Shown one piece after another: positions 62,455 through 64,000 of a stretch of 64,000 nucleotides of DNA. The notes beneath the pieces were generated by a model that saw only the letters and a program-made list of their open reading frames with translations, did not search any database and was not told the origin of the DNA. Numbering within the stretch: position 1 is the stretch's first letter; the number at the start of each line of letters is the position of its first letter. This DNA is from Rhizodiscina lignyota (lineage: Eukaryota). Position numbers and translations under genes: made by a program. The DNA is taken from assembly GCA_010015805.1 (NCBI GenBank), contig ML978125.1:930001-994000 (forward strand), written 5' to 3'.

Positions 62455-63753
62455 CTATTTCAGCCCCAGACGGTGGGACCATCCTTCCTGAATTGCTTCA
62501 ATGACATCGTATCCGTAGCACCAATCTCTTATTCTCCGATCAGCAATTCCATATGCGTTTCCCTCAGCATAGAATCGGTCGACGTTCCTTTCCTCTTCAT
62601 TTAAGCCATCACTGAGCAGTGACGCGTTTCTGGCCTCCCTCTGCAGGCCAGGGGGTAAGTGGAGAGTGTTACCCGCGTGCAAACTTGCTTCTCTTACGGC
62701 TTCAACCCTGGCCTTTCTCACTTTCTCAAAAACTAACATTGCCTCGGCCAGGGAAGCTCTCGAACTGGATCTCAGCGAAAGACATTCGGCCAATGCAGCA
62801 GCATCCTCAACCGCCATGGAAACACCCATTGAGAGGTAAAAGGCCATTGCATGTGCTGCATCTCCCATGAGAACGAATCTCCCTGTGGAAGACGCCCATC
62901 TGCGTAGTGGCATGACCTGTTCCACTGGCCAATTTTGAACATTCGGCTGAGCCATTTCAATCAATGCTATCACACAAGGGTCCCACCCGTCAAAGAGGCG
63001 TAGAATCTTCGCTTTATACTCTTCTTGTGACCAGGTCTTTGTATCAACATCATCAGGATGTGACAAGACCATGTTGAGGAGCTCTGAGCTTTTCATCATG
63101 TACGTCATAACTGACAGACTATCGCCGACCCAGCAATTACAGTTGTGTTGAGACACGACCAGAGCCGTTCGTGGATCCGATCTGATTTGCGACACTGGAA
63201 CTCTTGCACGATAGGCTGCCCATCCAGCTTTTGTTAGATGAGTCTCAGAATTTCCAGCACAAAGTGATTCGCGAGCAGAAGAGTTTATTCCATCCACGGC
63301 GACAACGAGATCTGCTTGTAGACGATCGCCATTCGCAAGCACGATTCCACCACCATCAAAGTCGTATTTCACGACGCGGCAGCTAAGCTTGATGTCAACA
63401 CCCGCCTTCACAGCATGCTCGTGAAGGATCCGATGGATATCTGCACGATGGATCACAATGTAAGGCGCGCCGTATCGCGCTTCGAAGTTTGCGAAAGGGA
63501 CGCTTCCAATGATGTGGCCATTGACGTCCTGGCGAACATTAAATGCTGCCGGCAGTGCAGCTTTAGCGAGAATGTCTGGTCCGAGTCCCCACTTCCAAAA
63601 GTATTTCGTCGCATTTGGTGTCATTTGCACGCCAGCTCCTATCTCGGCCAGTTGCGACGCAGATTCGACAATGGTGATTTTGTGGCCGGCAATGGCGAGG
63701 CACAAAGCAGCTGACAATCCGCCAATGCCGGCACCGACGATGATGATTTCCAT
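62455..63753 (-). CDS. FAD-dependent monooxygenase (salicylate hydroxylase-like)
   Basis: Intronless 432 aa. GAGIGG, EIGAGVQ, IHRADI, VDGINS and MGDAAHAMAFYLSMGVSMAVEDA motifs. Confidence 0.92.
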   Translation of the reverse strand: MEIIIVGAGIGGLSAALCLAIAGHKITIVESASQLAEIGAGVQMTPNATKYFWKWGLGPDILAKAALPAAFNVRQDVNGHIIGSVPFANFEARYGAPYIVIHRADIHRILHEHAVKAGVDIKLSCRVVKYDFDGGGIVLANGDRLQADLVVAVDGINSSARESLCAGNSETHLTKAGWAAYRARVPVSQIRSDPRTALVVSQHNCNCWVGDSLSVMTYMMKSSELLNMVLSHPDDVDTKTWSQEEYKAKILRLFDGWDPCVIALIEMAQPNVQNWPVEQVMPLRRWASSTGRFVLMGDAAHAMAFYLSMGVSMAVEDAAALAECLSLRSSSRASLAEAMLVFEKVRKARVEAVREASLHAGNTLHLPPGLQREARNASLLSDGLNEEERNVDRFYAEGNAYGIADRRIRDWCYGYDVIEAIQEGWSHRLGLK

Positions 63754-64000
63754 CTCTTGAATCGGTCAAAAGGTGCTAGAGTTATGAGAGTCCCCCTATG
63801 AGGTTTGATTGAGAAAGAAGACCCAACTTTTGAACTGAAATTATCCATGAGCTTCATGAAGGTGTAGCTGAATGGGCAGGGGAGGTAAAGAATATAAATG
63901 CGAGTATCTCGGCACCAACGGGATTAAATAAGTTACGGGGCTGATCAACGATCGAAACAAGAAAGACTAGAATCAGTCTCACAGCATGACAGACTCGGTC

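Overview
Gene-dense DNA from a filamentous ascomycete (Pezizomycotina), with short GT-AG introns and CTRAY-type branch sites. I read about 24 genes. Housekeeping genes include a ketopantoate reductase, SLA1, a NUDIX CoA-pyrophosphatase, PRP4, PTC7, VPS10, an ACE1/SltA C2H2 factor, an Msb1/Mug8-domain protein and a FAD monooxygenase. A five-exon CYSTM micro-gene is missed by the ORF track. The most unusual part is an accessory-looking block at about 20-33 kb. It centres on an intact, intronless, non-mobile rvt-class reverse-transcriptase gene with an FHDD active site. A miniature Mex67/TAP-like gene (N-terminal RNA-binding region fused straight to TAP-C, no LRR or NTF2) lies in tandem downstream, and an arginase-like gene with altered metal ligands lies head-to-head upstream. 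The block also holds a secreted protein with a putative lysozyme-like fold, an M20 carboxypeptidase that has lost most zinc/catalytic residues, and two decayed genes. I recognised no tRNA, rRNA, CRISPR array or intact transposon. All family assignments come from motif recognition by eye, not database searches.
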